64,000 nt of DNA from an uncultured candidate division Zixibacteria bacterium. Its GTDB lineage: Bacteria; Zixibacteria; MSB-5A5; UBA10806; 4484-95. Below the pieces are notes generated by a model. The model saw only the letters and a list, made by a program, of their open reading frames with translations, was not told the DNA's origin and made no database searches. Where the stretch lies: NCBI GenBank assembly GCA_963668625.2, contig CAXXKA010000008.1:928001-992000 (forward strand), read 5' to 3'. Shown here piece after piece: positions 1 through 10,948 of this stretch (position 1 is the first letter of the stretch; each line of letters opens with the position of its first letter). The position numbers and the translations under genes were made by a program.

Positions 1-2379
1 AATTACCGCCATGATAGCGCCTTCATAATTCCCTTCGGAGTCGAGCTTGGGCGACACGGTTGCCAGGATGTGTTTCTTGTTTCCTTTTGCGGTAATTATT
101 TCCAACTCATACTGTGAATTACTATCCAGTCTTCTTGACTCCCCAATTTTATGCAAGTATTCATGCAGCTCATCAGGAATAAAATCGAAAATTCTTTTCC
201 CTACCAGCGCTCCCGGATCGCTCACCTCGAGAATTTGCGCTAAAGCAGGATTGCTAAAAAGGAAGTTCCTGTGCTCATCGACTACACTTATCCCCTCCAA
301 TACCGAATCGAATAGTTGTTGATAACGCTGTTCCGATTCCCTCAGTTCGATCTCGTATTTCTTGCGTGAAGTGATGTCTCTTACGATTGCCAGAATAAAA
401 TCCTCATCACTGAGAGAGAATTGATTGAGGCTTACCTCGGCATCGAATAAGGTTCCATCCAGACGGAGGTGTTTCCATTCGAAAAATTGCGGTTGGCCGT
501 TCAATGCGGCCTTGATTTTTTCCATCGCTTTATCCGAAGATAACTCTCCCTTATCCTGATATTCAGGAGATAATTTGTATGGCGACTTGCCAACTATATC
601 TTCTCTTTTACACTTGAATATTTCGAGTGTTTTAGAGTTACAATCGATAAATAATTCACCTTTCATAATAAATATGGAATCATTGGCTGATTCGAATAAT
701 GTCCTGTATTTCTGCTCGTTCTCTAATCTTGCTTGTTCTGCTAATTTGCGCTCCGTGATATCGGGGAAAACAAGGAAACTGGCTATGAGCTTGCCTGCTT
801 TATCGAATAAAGGAATGCAATCGACAATAGCATAGCGCACGGACCCATCCTCCCTGACTATCCTATGCTCCCGTGTTAAGGTTCGCTGTCCTTTCAGCGC
901 TTTGACAAGAGGAAGTTCATCGAAAGGGATCAGGTTTCCATCGACGTCATAGTCTTTCCAGGTTATCGCCAAATCCAAAATGCTTACACCAACCTGGGAT
1001 GGGATATCGCTCACGGCAAGAATATCGCTGCAAGCCCGGTTATACATCCTGAGCACCAAATCAGGTGAACTCACCAGAGCCATAGGTATAGGCGATTGAT
1101 CTATGATCGATTCGAGCAGCGACTTCGAGTTTTCCAGTTCATATTCTGCTTTTTTTCTATCGGTAATATCTTTGCCAACCCCACGTATACCAATTACTTG
1201 GAATTCATTATCATATACGGGTAATCCCGATAGTTCAAGAAATACATTATGGCCATCCAGATGTTCGAATCCCAACTCGATACCCGAAAATGGATGTGGA
1301 TCGTCTAAAGTATTGTTTCTAATACTATTAAGTTTTTCCGTATCTTTAGGTGCTACGAAGTCAAAGATGTTTTTACCGACAATCTCGTCTGCCTTAAAGC
1401 CCAGTATTTCTACAATTTTAGGACTCATATAGGTGCAGTTCAGTTCATTGTCTGTTTCCCAGATTATATTCTCGGAGGTTTCTATTAACGATCTGTATTT
1501 TTTCTCATTATTGGTAAGCGCTTCTTCGATATTTTTCTGATGCGTGATATCCCGAAACATCGCTGCTACCTTACCCTGGGTGATTTGGAATACCACGACC
1601 TCATACGCGCCCTTTATCAAACCACCTTCGTAATCGACCCGCTCGGTTCGCCAGGGAGTACCCTCCAGGGCCGCCCATTTGTAACGCTCGGGAACCTCGG
1701 TATTTTTCAATTGAGGAAACGCCTCATCGATTGTTTTTCCGATAAATCGAGAATGCTCCTCACCGAGTATTCTATCTGCCGACTCATTTGCGCCAACGAA
1801 CACTAAATTACCGTCACTATTAATGTCGTAAAGATGTATCCCGAGAGGGGAGGCTTCGATGATGTTACGGAATGTGTTTAAGCTTTCATCCAGGGCGCTT
1901 TTCAATTTTACCTGTTCGGATATATCCTCAACCGATAATGCTATACCGTCAAATTCGTTGTTTTTGTCAAATAGCGGGGCGGCGCTTAAAGACACTATAA
2001 TATGTTTGGAGTCTGGGAATTCTAATTTATACTGCTGGTTGTTTAGAGGTTTTAATGTTTTTTGGATGACTTCGAAAGGCTGCTTACTTATGGGAACTGG
2101 ATTGTCGTTTAAATCTTTGACAGTCAGTTTGGCATTAGCGTATTTTTCATTGAGTACGTCATTTCTGTTTAATCCAAGTAACTGTTCCGTATAGCTGTTA
2201 AGTAAAACTACATTTTGACATTTATCGATTACAGCGAGTCCGGTTGGAATCTTTTCTATGATTCTTTCTAGGAAATCTCTGCTTACGTGCTTTTTTTGTT
2301 TATATTCGAGCTGTTCTTCCAGGTCTTTGACTTTTGCTTCAAGCTCGTCTATTCGCTTTAATAATCTTTTTTGGGTCAT
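1..2379 (-). CDS. Multi-PAS/PAC sensor protein (N-terminal part; runs off the window edge, probably a histidine kinase or other signalling protein)
   Basis: Not in the ORF track because it is open at the window edge. Manual translation from ATG 2379 gives [23 protein letters not shown] (coiled coil), then about six PAS/PAC units with PAC-type ends such as '[11 protein letters not shown]', '[10 protein letters not shown]' and '[20 protein letters not shown]'. The output domain lies outside the window. Confidence 0.85.
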   Translation of the reverse strand, partial: MTQKRLLKRIDELEAKVKDLEEQLEYKQKKHVSRDFLERIIEKIPTGLAVIDKCQNVVLLNSYTEQLLGLNRNDVLNEKYANAKLTVKDLNDNPVPISKQPFEVIQKTLKPLNNQQYKLEFPDSKHIIVSLSAAPLFDKNNEFDGIALSVEDISEQVKLKSALDESLNTFRNIIEASPLGIHLYDINSDGNLVFVGANESADRILGEEHSRFIGKTIDEAFPQLKNTEVPERYKWAALEGTPWRTERVDYEGGLIKGAYEVVVFQITQGKVAAMFRDITHQKNIEEALTNNEKKYRSLIETSENIIWETDNELNCTYMSPKIVEILGFKADEIVGKNIFDFVAPKDTEKLNSIRNNTLDDPHPFSGIELGFEHLDGHNVFLELSGLPVYDNEFQVIGIRGVGKDITDRKKAEYELENSKSLLESIIDQSPIPMALVSSPDLVLRMYNRACSDILAVSDIPSQVGVSILDLAITWKDYDVDGNLIPFDELPLVKALKGQRTLTREHRIVREDGSVRYAIVDCIPLFDKAGKLIASFLVFPDITERKLAEQARLENEQKYRTLFESANDSIFIMKGELFIDCNSKTLEIFKCKREDIVGKSPYKLSPEYQDKGELSSDKAMEKIKAALNGQPQFFEWKHLRLDGTLFDAEVSLNQFSLSDEDFILAIVRDITSRKKYEIELRESEQRYQQLFDSVLEGISVVDEHRNFLFSNPALAQILEVSDPGALVGKRIFDFIPDELHEYLHKIGESRRLDSNSQYELEIITAKGNKKHILATVSPKLDSEGNYEGAIMAVI

Positions 2380-2675
2380 ATGAATTTAACCAGAATTATC
2401 CGTTTACCCCAAGTTTATTTATAAACATAAAATACAATATACTAAACATATATCGGTAGTACATCGGTCATCTTTCATCAATAAGCCATAATATGTTTAC
2501 TTATTTAACTTTAATAACAGTTACAATTGTATTTATCGAAAATAATGATGAGTATATATTAACCTTAATGTTAACATGCAAACAATTTCTAATGTGGCCA
2601 TAATGGGGTGTTAGTGTCATATTATTAATGGAACCACCATCAAGATATGGCGTTAATATACGATATAAAAAGTGA

Positions 2676-2704
2676 TTGACTTTATCTTGCTTGCTGTTTA
2701 ACAT
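2676..2704 (+). promoter_or_regulatory. Sigma70-type promoter for tRNA-His/hisS
   Basis: TTGACT-17 bp-TAACAT ending 13 bp upstream of the tRNA 5' end. Confidence 0.6.
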
Positions 2705-2717
2705 AGACAGGTATTTT

Positions 2718-2791
2718 GCCGACGTAGCTCAGCTGGCTAGAGCGCCTGACTGTGGATCAGGAGGTCTTGGGTTCGATCCCCGACGTCGGTA
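2718..2791 (+). tRNA. tRNA-His (GTG); no encoded G-1, G1.U72 pair, A73 discriminator, no encoded CCA
   Basis: Acceptor stem GCCGACG/CGTCGGT, D arm GCTC..GAGC, anticodon arm CCTGA-CTGTGGA-TCAGG, T loop GTTCGAT. The base before the gene is T and the base after the stem is A. Confidence 0.95.
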
Positions 2792-2814
2792 TTTTTTTAT
2801 TCCGGAGGAAAATT

Positions 2815-4227
2815 ATGGCGGATGTTAAGCCGAGACTGTTAAAAGGGTTTAGAGATTTATTGCCAGATGAGGCGTTATTTCGCGAGCAGATTATCTCAAA
2901 GATTAGAAAAGTGTATGAATCATATGGATTTGCGCCTATCTCCACGCCGGCGCTGGAATATAAAGATATTCTACTTGGCTATGGCGAGGAGGCCTCCAAG
3001 CAGATCTACCTGTTTACCGATCCAGATAAAAACGAGGTCGGGCTTCGCTACGATTTGACTGTTCCGATTTCAAGGGTGATGGCTCAATATAAAGATATAG
3101 TCCGGCCGTTTAAACGTTATCAGATTCAACCGGTATGGCGCTACGATAAGCCCGATCCGGGGCGTTTCCGTGAGTTCATGCAATGCGATATCGATATTAT
3201 CGGCTCCAAATCAATGCTGGCGGATACCGAGATTATGGTTGTGATGGTTGAAGCGTCTAAAGCTATCGGCCTGGAAACGAAAATCAGGTTTAACAATCGT
3301 AAAATTCTAAACAGCCTTGTCAGATTCGTTGGTATGACCGAGGATTCCGCGCATTCGGTGTTCCGGGTACTGGATAAGCTCGATAAACAGGGGCTGGATA
3401 ATGTCAAGCTGGAACTCGGGCCGGGACGTAAAGATGAATCGGGTGATATGATAGCTGGACTCGGATTGAATGAAGATCAGATTGCAAAGATAGTCGACTA
3501 CATTCAGCTTCCCAGCAAGAACCGTAAAGAGGCGCTCGATTCGATCGGTTGTTTATTCGAATCTCTGGAGGGCAGCGAAGAAGGCATCGATGAACTGGCG
3601 CAGATAGATTCCAACCTGTCTTCCATGGGCGTATCCGATGATCAGGTGGTTATCGATTTCAGTATCGCCCGGGGATTAGATTATTACACGGGCCCGATAT
3701 TCGAGGCGGTTTTTACCAATGAGAAGATTAACCGGGTAGGCAGTATCATGGGGGGCGGACGATATGACAATTTAATCGGCAAGTTCGCCGGGCAAAATAC
3801 GCCGGCCACCGGTGGCTCAATCGGTATTGACCGCTTGATCGCGGCTATCAGGATGCTGGAAAAGAGCGCGCCGCGTTCCTCCACTGCTGATGTGCTGGTT
3901 ACGGTTATGGATAAGGATAAGCTTCCACGTTATATAAAAATCGCTTCTAAATTGCGATCCTCCGGTATTAAAACCGAACTGTACCTGGGTAAAGAAGGAG
4001 CAATCGGCAAGCAGATGAAATACGCTGACCGTGCCGGTATTCCTATCACGGTTATTGCCGGCTCCGATGAGTTCGAGCGGGACGAGATATCGATAAAAAA
4101 CCTGAATGTGATCAAACAGCAAGATGTTCAGATCGAGGACAGGCAGGAGTGGATCGATAAAAAGCCCGGCCAGGTTACAGTGCCGATGGCTAAAATGGTT
4201 GAAACGATAAAGTCGTTTTTGGAATAG
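2815..4227 (+). CDS. hisS: Histidine--tRNA ligase
   Basis: Motifs KGFRD, TPALE, LRYDLT, WRYDKPDPGRFREFMQCD, RGLDYYTG, GGGRYD and a C-terminal anticodon domain. The true start is ATG 2815 after GGAGG; the ORF-track start 2752 lies inside the tRNA. Confidence 0.97.
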   Translation: MADVKPRLLKGFRDLLPDEALFREQIISKIRKVYESYGFAPISTPALEYKDILLGYGEEASKQIYLFTDPDKNEVGLRYDLTVPISRVMAQYKDIVRPFKRYQIQPVWRYDKPDPGRFREFMQCDIDIIGSKSMLADTEIMVVMVEASKAIGLETKIRFNNRKILNSLVRFVGMTEDSAHSVFRVLDKLDKQGLDNVKLELGPGRKDESGDMIAGLGLNEDQIAKIVDYIQLPSKNRKEALDSIGCLFESLEGSEEGIDELAQIDSNLSSMGVSDDQVVIDFSIARGLDYYTGPIFEAVFTNEKINRVGSIMGGGRYDNLIGKFAGQNTPATGGSIGIDRLIAAIRMLEKSAPRSSTADVLVTVMDKDKLPRYIKIASKLRSSGIKTELYLGKEGAIGKQMKYADRAGIPITVIAGSDEFERDEISIKNLNVIKQQDVQIEDRQEWIDKKPGQVTVPMAKMVETIKSFLE

Positions 4228-4350
4228 ATTCAGCAATAATTCGTCGATTCTACGAGTTCCTATACTTAAATATATCACATTTTATTTGTTTCACGCCGAT
4301 AACACTCATATACTCAAAGGTAAATTAGAACTAAAAGGAGTACTAATAAA

Positions 4351-6381
4351 ATGATTAAGACATCCCGCGCACTGCTAATAGCAATAATGTTAACGACTGC
4401 GGTTATGGCCGAACAATCAATCACATTCGATGATTTATACAGCTACCCCCAGCTCGAAAATTTCTGCCTTTCTCCCGATGGCAAATACATTGCCGCCGAG
4501 GTAACCGAGTACGATCTCTCGAGCGACGAGGCTTTCACCAATATCTGGATAGTACCGGTGGATGGCGGCGGGGTGTATCAACTAACAAATGGCGGAAATG
4601 ATACGCAACCGGCCTGGTCTCCGGACGGCAACCGTATCGCCTTTATCTCTACTCGCGGGGATGGTTTTACCGGGCAACTCTGGACTATATCGCTATATGG
4701 AGGCGAGGCAACCCTTCTAACCGACAACTACTCCGATTTCGCTTATCCGGTATGGTCAGGTGACGGCAAATCGATTATAGTGCAAACCTCGGTCTATCCC
4801 GAATGTAACGCGGATGACGAGTGTAACCGCCGGATTGACGAGGATAAAGAGGAAAGCGAGGTCAAGGCGATTCTTTATGATGATTTGTTATTCCGTCACT
4901 ATAAATGGTGGAACGATGGCAAGCGAAATCACTTGTTTCTAGTCGATACCCAAACCGGAGAGTACTCCGACCTGACTCCTTTCGATAAGGACGCCCCTCC
5001 GATAGCGGGAAGTTCCGATCCCGGGTACGCGTTCTCGAAAGAAAACAGCGAGATCGCGTTCGTCATGAACACCGATACGGTAGTAACGATTAGCACTAAC
5101 AATGATGTTTTCACGCTCAATATCAAAACCAATCACCTGACCCGTATATCCGATTCTCCCGGTTATGATGATAATCCCGTATATTCCCCTAACGGTCGGC
5201 TTATCGCATATCGTTCGATGGCGCGCGGTGGCTACGAGGCGGATCAGCGAGATTTGATACTGTATAAACGGGTAAACGGGGAATATGAAAATATAACTCA
5301 GGAGTTCGATCGTTCTGTCAACGAGGTTGTCTGGGGACCGTATTCGAAATATATTTACTTCAACGCGGTCGATCAGGGAAAAAGTAAGATCTACAAGCTA
5401 ACTCTTAAAACTGGTAAAATCACTACTCTTGTTGATGACGGCGTTTGCTGGAATTTACAGATTTCAAGCAATGGCCTGTATCTTTACTATATAAAATCTA
5501 CCGAAACCGAGCCATATGAGATATACGAGTACAACAGCAAGAACAACAGACAATCGCGTCTGACACATTTCAGTGATGAGCGGTTCAAAGATCTGGAGCT
5601 TTCACCTGCAGAGGATTTTCTGTTCATTGGCGCCAATCAGGATAGTATCCACGGCATGCTGACCTTCCCGCCGCAATTCGATAAAACATCCAGGTATCCA
5701 TTGGTACTTCTGATACACGGCGGCCCGCAATGGTGCTGGCTGAAAGATTTTAATTACTACGGCTGGAATACCCAGCTTATGGCGGCTCAAGGATATATAG
5801 TGGCGCAGATCGATCCTCACGGCAGCCGGGGGTACGGCCAGGTTTTCGTGGATGCGGTCAACAACGACTGGGGCGGCGCTCCGTATGAGGATTTGATGCT
5901 GGGGCTGGATTATCTGATAGCCGAGCATGAATATATCGATACCACGAAGTTAGCGGCGTTGGGGCGATCTTATGGGGGCTATATGGTCAACTGGATCTGC
6001 GGCCAGACGGACAGATTCGCCTGCTTGATCAGTGTCGACGGCAGTTTCGAAAATATCAGCGACTACTATTCCACCGATGAACTCTGGTTCCCGAACTGGG
6101 AGTTCGGCGGACCGCCCTGGGAGGCCAGGGCTAACTATCTCAAACATTCTCCGGCAGAATATGTGGCTAATTTCAATACCCCCACGATGGTGATACACAG
6201 CCAGTACGATTACCGGGTGGATATCAGTCAGGGGATCATGATGTTTACTGCGCTGCAGGCCAGAAACGTACCATCACAGTTTTTATATTTCCCCGATGAG
6301 GGACATAGCATCAGAAAACTTCACAACCACCGCCACGTATACCGTGAGCAATTCGAGTGGTTGGGCAAGTATTTGAAATAA
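4351..6381 (+). CDS. Secreted S9 family (prolyl oligopeptidase/dipeptidyl aminopeptidase-like) peptidase
   Basis: Signal peptide, PD40/TolB-like WSPDG propeller repeats, IHGGP, nucleophile GRSYGG, DYRV and EGH catalytic motifs. Confidence 0.93.
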   Translation: MIKTSRALLIAIMLTTAVMAEQSITFDDLYSYPQLENFCLSPDGKYIAAEVTEYDLSSDEAFTNIWIVPVDGGGVYQLTNGGNDTQPAWSPDGNRIAFISTRGDGFTGQLWTISLYGGEATLLTDNYSDFAYPVWSGDGKSIIVQTSVYPECNADDECNRRIDEDKEESEVKAILYDDLLFRHYKWWNDGKRNHLFLVDTQTGEYSDLTPFDKDAPPIAGSSDPGYAFSKENSEIAFVMNTDTVVTISTNNDVFTLNIKTNHLTRISDSPGYDDNPVYSPNGRLIAYRSMARGGYEADQRDLILYKRVNGEYENITQEFDRSVNEVVWGPYSKYIYFNAVDQGKSKIYKLTLKTGKITTLVDDGVCWNLQISSNGLYLYYIKSTETEPYEIYEYNSKNNRQSRLTHFSDERFKDLELSPAEDFLFIGANQDSIHGMLTFPPQFDKTSRYPLVLLIHGGPQWCWLKDFNYYGWNTQLMAAQGYIVAQIDPHGSRGYGQVFVDAVNNDWGGAPYEDLMLGLDYLIAEHEYIDTTKLAALGRSYGGYMVNWICGQTDRFACLISVDGSFENISDYYSTDELWFPNWEFGGPPWEARANYLKHSPAEYVANFNTPTMVIHSQYDYRVDISQGIMMFTALQARNVPSQFLYFPDEGHSIRKLHNHRHVYREQFEWLGKYLK

Positions 6382-6387
6382 AACCGT

Positions 6388-6420
6388 AAGCCGGGTTCGA
6401 GCAGAGCCCGGCTTTTTTCT
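6388..6420 (+). terminator. Rho-independent terminator
   Basis: AAGCCGGGTTC..GAGCCCGGCTT hairpin followed by a T run just after the S9 stop. Confidence 0.8.
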
Positions 6421-6740
6421 TTCTATATCTCGTTACGTTTACCTATCAGGATGGCGCGTTAGACAAACGTACCAGGGAGATGCCAGGCCTGGTGCCCACG
6501 ACAGTTGGTGGTACGATAGTAATACCTCATCCGAGACGAGTGGTGGAGTTTTTAGAGGAAATGGGGTAAAGCCAATTAAAGTCCGCCATTGCAAGAAGGC
6601 GAAACAATCTTCCAGAATAGCAACTCGCTGTATTAAGCCGCTGATTAGTATCATTGCGAAGCAGCGCTTCGTAACGAGGTTTAAGGAATACACGCAGTAA
6701 ATCATTGCATTTATACAGCCACTATATTAAAATTACCCTC

Positions 6741-7589
6741 ATGAATAAATCTTCGAATAAACTTTTCCACCCGGCTTTTATTATAGCCCTGGCTGTCCTT
6801 CTGGTAAACGATCATTTTCTCAAAGCTGCCCATCCGGGATGGCTGACCGGTAAGCTCTCCGATTTCTCCGGCCTGTTCGTGCTGGCGGTGTTTGTCAGTG
6901 TAAATGCCGGCCGGTATTTTAAATCATCGAAATCGATTATTATTATTCACATCACGATTGCCTTCGGTTTTATTCTCTGGAAAATCGCTCCGGTGGAGAA
7001 CCTGTTCATCGCAATTAACGGGCATATCGATATTCCTCTACCCTCGCGGGTGAAAGATATCACCGACCTGATCGCTCTGGCGGTATTGCCTCTCAGCTAT
7101 ACATTCGTCAAGCGTTCTCACGATAGCAGGCTCGTTCGGCGGCTTTCATATGGCCTGCAGAAAGCAGCCTCGGTTATTCTGATATTGATAACCGGTGCAG
7201 CCGTTATAGCTACACCACCGGGCAAGAAATATAATCTCGAGCCGGGGGCAACTGCCGAAACCTATAAAAGCCAGAACAGGCTGAGAGAGATTTTCGAGCA
7301 GACACTGGCCGAGCAGGATATAGAGATTCAGAATATAACCGATCTTGATGATACCACGGCTCATTACAAGCTGAAATTCTTTCAGAGCGATGACCCGCCG
7401 ACTCATGACTATCCCGAAAGCGACAGGATGTTTATCACTTTCCTGACACTGGTATATTCCCCCGGCAATCATACCATAGCTATAACCAATATCGATGGCT
7501 GGGTGACACACGATTTGCCGGAGGAGAAGGAAATGGCAGAATTCTATACAAAGTATCTTATCGATCCGTTTTTGGAGAAAATGAAATAA
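6741..7589 (+). CDS. Hypothetical membrane protein (N-terminal 'LVNDHFLK..PGWLTGKLSDFSGL' TM domain plus soluble C-terminal domain)
   Basis: ATG 6741, about five hydrophobic segments and a recognisable uncharacterised N-terminal motif. Confidence 0.7.
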   Translation: MNKSSNKLFHPAFIIALAVLLVNDHFLKAAHPGWLTGKLSDFSGLFVLAVFVSVNAGRYFKSSKSIIIIHITIAFGFILWKIAPVENLFIAINGHIDIPLPSRVKDITDLIALAVLPLSYTFVKRSHDSRLVRRLSYGLQKAASVILILITGAAVIATPPGKKYNLEPGATAETYKSQNRLREIFEQTLAEQDIEIQNITDLDDTTAHYKLKFFQSDDPPTHDYPESDRMFITFLTLVYSPGNHTIAITNIDGWVTHDLPEEKEMAEFYTKYLIDPFLEKMK

Positions 7590-7700
7590 ATAATGTTGCA
7601 TTCTGTTTTCATCAAATAGAAAATGGTGATAAATCTAGCTCGATTCGATCATGACATCAACTTTCCAGAGGGCCCCATCTGATATTGACTAGTATAATAT

Positions 7701-8372
7701 TTGTTTCCGGATTTACGTTTCGCTCAGGAGGATTCCGTTCTCGTTAATGCCTATTTGAATTCGTTGCCTAATAAGGTTTATTACGGCCGAGATCTGAGCG
7801 ATAATAAGATATGGAATTGTTATGATAAAATCAATTTCACTACTGCTAAAAAGGTTGATGAGTCGAGTGATACGATGGTTAACTATCATTTATCAAGAAG
7901 CGCTTTAAAAGAAAACATAACCAATTACTATTACTACATCCCCTCGGTAGAGGACTCCTCGCGAGAGATTATATTTACCGGCATCAATGGAAATGATCAA
8001 AAGACTCGTCATAATGGCAAACCATATCCGCCCACTTTGGAGGAGGCTGAAATACAAGCTGCCTCAATAGATATGTTCTCCGAAGATCTCTCGAGATATC
8101 AATATCTGTACTTTTTCGATAACGCCATTGAGTTAGAAGCGATCGGCTGGCTAGCAATGGAGACAGGTTATATATCCGGGTTAATCCGGCTTATAGGTAA
8201 ACAAGGCTCACTGGGCGAGAAAAATCTTAAAATAATAGCACTATCCTCGCTTGGAGCATGCCTTACTTTTATGGCGGCGGATATGATTGACGCTAAAATT
8301 CGTCAGAGAAAATCTTTAAAAATACGCCGAGAGCTGCTCGAACGAATCCATCAAAATAACCAACGGAAATAA
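7701..8372 (+). CDS. Hypothetical protein (start uncertain, C-terminal hydrophobic segments)
   Basis: 223-aa ORF filling the gap between two plus-strand genes; no motif recognised. Confidence 0.45.
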   Translation: MFPDLRFAQEDSVLVNAYLNSLPNKVYYGRDLSDNKIWNCYDKINFTTAKKVDESSDTMVNYHLSRSALKENITNYYYYIPSVEDSSREIIFTGINGNDQKTRHNGKPYPPTLEEAEIQAASIDMFSEDLSRYQYLYFFDNAIELEAIGWLAMETGYISGLIRLIGKQGSLGEKNLKIIALSSLGACLTFMAADMIDAKIRQRKSLKIRRELLERIHQNNQRK

Positions 8373-8511
8373 CTATCATTCGAATAAATTAAAAGCTGTT
8401 GAAATTATAAGCGTATTCTATTAATATTTAGCCTGTGCAAGGATGATCTGATACTCCTACTCGCACGTATTATCTTTTGAAAACACGATAACCCTCATCC
8501 CGGGAGGAGCT

Positions 8512-9903
8512 TTGGATATTATTAACAGCATTATAGATTTCTTGAATAAAATTGCCTGGGGTATTCCTGAGCAGATGCCGTATATGATCGTGCTGCTGGT
8601 CGGTACCGGTATATTTATCACCATACGTATGGGCTTTCCGCAGTTTAGACGGCTAAAGCACGCCATAGATATAACCCGCGGAAAGTATGATAACCCCGAG
8701 GATGCCGGCGATATCACGCATTTCCAGGCGCTCTCTACTGCGCTTTCAGCTACTATCGGTATCGGGAATATCTCGGGCGTAGCGCTGGCTATACATTACG
8801 GCGGCCCCGGGGCCCTGTTCTGGATGTGGATAACCGGGCTGTTCGGTACCTCGCTCAAGTTCGCCGAATGCACGCTATCGATGAAATACAGGAAAATCAA
8901 TCCCGATGGTTCGGCCTCGGGCGGCCCGATGTATTATATCGAGCAGGCGTTAGGCTGGAAATGGCTGGCTGTAATTTTCGCCACAGCTACCGCGATAAGC
9001 GCGCTCGGGCAAGGCAACTCGATACAGGGTTTTACCGTAGCCGATCAACTCAACTCCGATTTCGGTGTGCCGGTATGGATTACCGGCGTTATTTTAGCCT
9101 CCCTGGTGGGATCGGTGATTATTGGCGGTATCAAGCGCATCGCTAATGTCACCCGGATATTGGCTCCGACTATGACATTAATCTATGTGGCGGGCGGGCT
9201 TTTAATACTGTTTATGAATATCGATAAACTCCCGGATACATTCGGAATGATATTTAAATACGCCTTCGAGCCTCACGGTATAGTTGGCGGTTTCGCCGGC
9301 TCGGCGTTCATGCATACACTTATCTGGGGGTTCAAGCGCGGGTTGTTCTCCAACGAAGCCGGCCAGGGTTCCGCGGCTATCGCTCATTCGGCCGCTAAAA
9401 CAAAAGAGCCGGTACGCGAGGGAACGGTTGCCATGATGGGGCCGTACATCGATACTATAATCGTGTGTACTATCACCGGTCTGTGCATTCTGGTGACAGG
9501 AGCCTGGACAGATATAGTAAATGGCGAAGCGCTAAATGGCTCCCCGCTAACAGCTCATGCTTTTGGGAAGGGGCTGACATTCATGGGAGGTTACGGTTCG
9601 TTTATCGTAACCGGAGCGGTGCTTCTGTTTGCTACCTCCACTATTATAAGCTGGTCATATTATGGCGACCGAGCGGTGCAATATCTGTTCGGCGATGGCG
9701 CGGTCGTACCGTATCGGTATATTTACGTAGCAGTGTTATTCATTGGATGTATCGTAGGGTTGGAGCCGGTCTGGAATTTCGGGGATTTCGCCATTGCCTT
9801 GATGACCATTCCGAACCTGATAGCTCTAATCGCGCTCTCTAAAGTTACACGGAAACTGACAAGCGATTATTTCGGCCGCGAGCAAGTGCCGTATAAGAAA
9901 TAA
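8512..9903 (+). CDS. Alanine/glycine:cation symporter (AGCS family)
   Basis: FQAL..ALSATIGIGNI, GGPGALFWMW, GGPMYYI and RGLFSNEAGQGS motifs; TTG start after GGGAGGAG. Confidence 0.95.
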   Translation: MDIINSIIDFLNKIAWGIPEQMPYMIVLLVGTGIFITIRMGFPQFRRLKHAIDITRGKYDNPEDAGDITHFQALSTALSATIGIGNISGVALAIHYGGPGALFWMWITGLFGTSLKFAECTLSMKYRKINPDGSASGGPMYYIEQALGWKWLAVIFATATAISALGQGNSIQGFTVADQLNSDFGVPVWITGVILASLVGSVIIGGIKRIANVTRILAPTMTLIYVAGGLLILFMNIDKLPDTFGMIFKYAFEPHGIVGGFAGSAFMHTLIWGFKRGLFSNEAGQGSAAIAHSAAKTKEPVREGTVAMMGPYIDTIIVCTITGLCILVTGAWTDIVNGEALNGSPLTAHAFGKGLTFMGGYGSFIVTGAVLLFATSTIISWSYYGDRAVQYLFGDGAVVPYRYIYVAVLFIGCIVGLEPVWNFGDFAIALMTIPNLIALIALSKVTRKLTSDYFGREQVPYKK

Positions 9904-10145
9904 TAGTTTGTCGTAGGGGTGTATCGCATACGCCTTTTTATTTGATCCTAAAAAATACCGGTTTAGCCGGCATGTCCTTTTCCTTTTACAACACTAAACT
10001 CTATTTGACGGTGGTGTCAGGAATCCATTCCTGACACCTGATTTCATGCGGCATATCGCCGGGAAAGGATAAACAAAGGACTTCGCCCGCCCAGCGACTC
10101 ATGCAAATGGCTTTTTCAACAACCCCGGAGGATGTAATCCAGTAT

Positions 10146-10265
10146 GTCCTTTTCTTTTTATAACACTAAACTCTATTTCTCTTTAGTTAGCTTATGTGGA
10201 GGGGAGACAAAACGAAGTTTCTAGAATACGGCGGGTTACAAAATCGGAGTTTTGTAACCAGTACA
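10146..10265. repeat. 120-bp dispersed intergenic repeat, copy 1 (partial copy at 9958-10006)
   Basis: Closely similar to 14470-14589; ends in the palindrome GGTTACAAAA-TCGGAG-TTTTGTAACC. Confidence 0.85.
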
Positions 10266-10354
10266 AGTATAAATCGAAACAGAGTTTGGTGGCGAGAAGT
10301 AAAAAAGGCGTACCTTTTCAGATACGCCCATAATAATAGTCATGCCGGCTATCG

Positions 10355-10948
10355 CTACATTTTCTCTTTAACCAGCTCAATCTCGAGATCAATTTTAATA
10401 TCATTGCCTACTACCAGTTTACCATCCTTAAGCTTGCTATCGAAAGCAACGTTATAGTCCTGACGGTTGATACTTGTATTAGCGGCAAAGCCGGCTCTCG
10501 TATTTCCCCAGGGGTCCTCAACGATTCCACTGAACTCGGCCATCAGGGTAACGGGATGAGTTACACCCTTGATAGTCAAATCGCCCATAATCTTGAGATT
10601 GCCGTCAGCATCCGGAGGCATTACCTTAGTTGACTTGAATGTCATTGTCGGGTATTTCTCGACCTCGAAGAAATCCCCCGAACGAAGATGGTCATCACGC
10701 TTGGTGTCATTGGTATTGATAGAATTAACCTGTATGGTAATTTCGACTTTAGCATCGCTCCAGTTTTTGCCATCGAACATGACATGCCCGTCATACTCCC
10801 CGAATTCGCCTCGGACATTCGAAATCATCAGGTGCTTGACCTTAAAACCGATTTCACTATGAGATTTATCAAAAGTCCATTTGTCGGCTTTCGCGCCAAC
10901 CGCAAACACTAAAATTAATGCAAATACTATCGCTACACGTTTAAACAT
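10355..10948 (-). CDS. YceI family periplasmic polyisoprenoid-binding protein
   Basis: Signal peptide, W.FDKSHSEIGFKVKHLMISNVRGEF, RDDHLRSGDFF and GDLTIKGVT; ATG 10948 after AAGGAG. Confidence 0.93.
   Translation of the reverse strand: MFKRVAIVFALILVFAVGAKADKWTFDKSHSEIGFKVKHLMISNVRGEFGEYDGHVMFDGKNWSDAKVEITIQVNSINTNDTKRDDHLRSGDFFEVEKYPTMTFKSTKVMPPDADGNLKIMGDLTIKGVTHPVTLMAEFSGIVEDPWGNTRAGFAANTSINRQDYNVAFDSKLKDGKLVVGNDIKIDLEIELVKEKM

Noticed and set aside
47-2194. Five plus-strand ORFs of 86-111 aa
   Set aside because: They are antisense shadows of the minus-strand multi-PAS gene.
2752-2814. ORF-track N-terminal extension of hisS
   Set aside because: It overlaps the tRNA-His gene; the RBS and ATG at 2815 give the real start.
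6421-6700. Possible structured ncRNA after the S9 terminator
   Set aside because: No RNase P, tmRNA, SRP or 6S signature was recognised; it looks like a short gene remnant plus REP-like palindromes.
8373-8511. Glycine riboswitch upstream of the AGCS symporter
   Set aside because: No GGAGA..CCGAAG..CTCAGG aptamer pattern is visible, and the gap is short and AT-rich.
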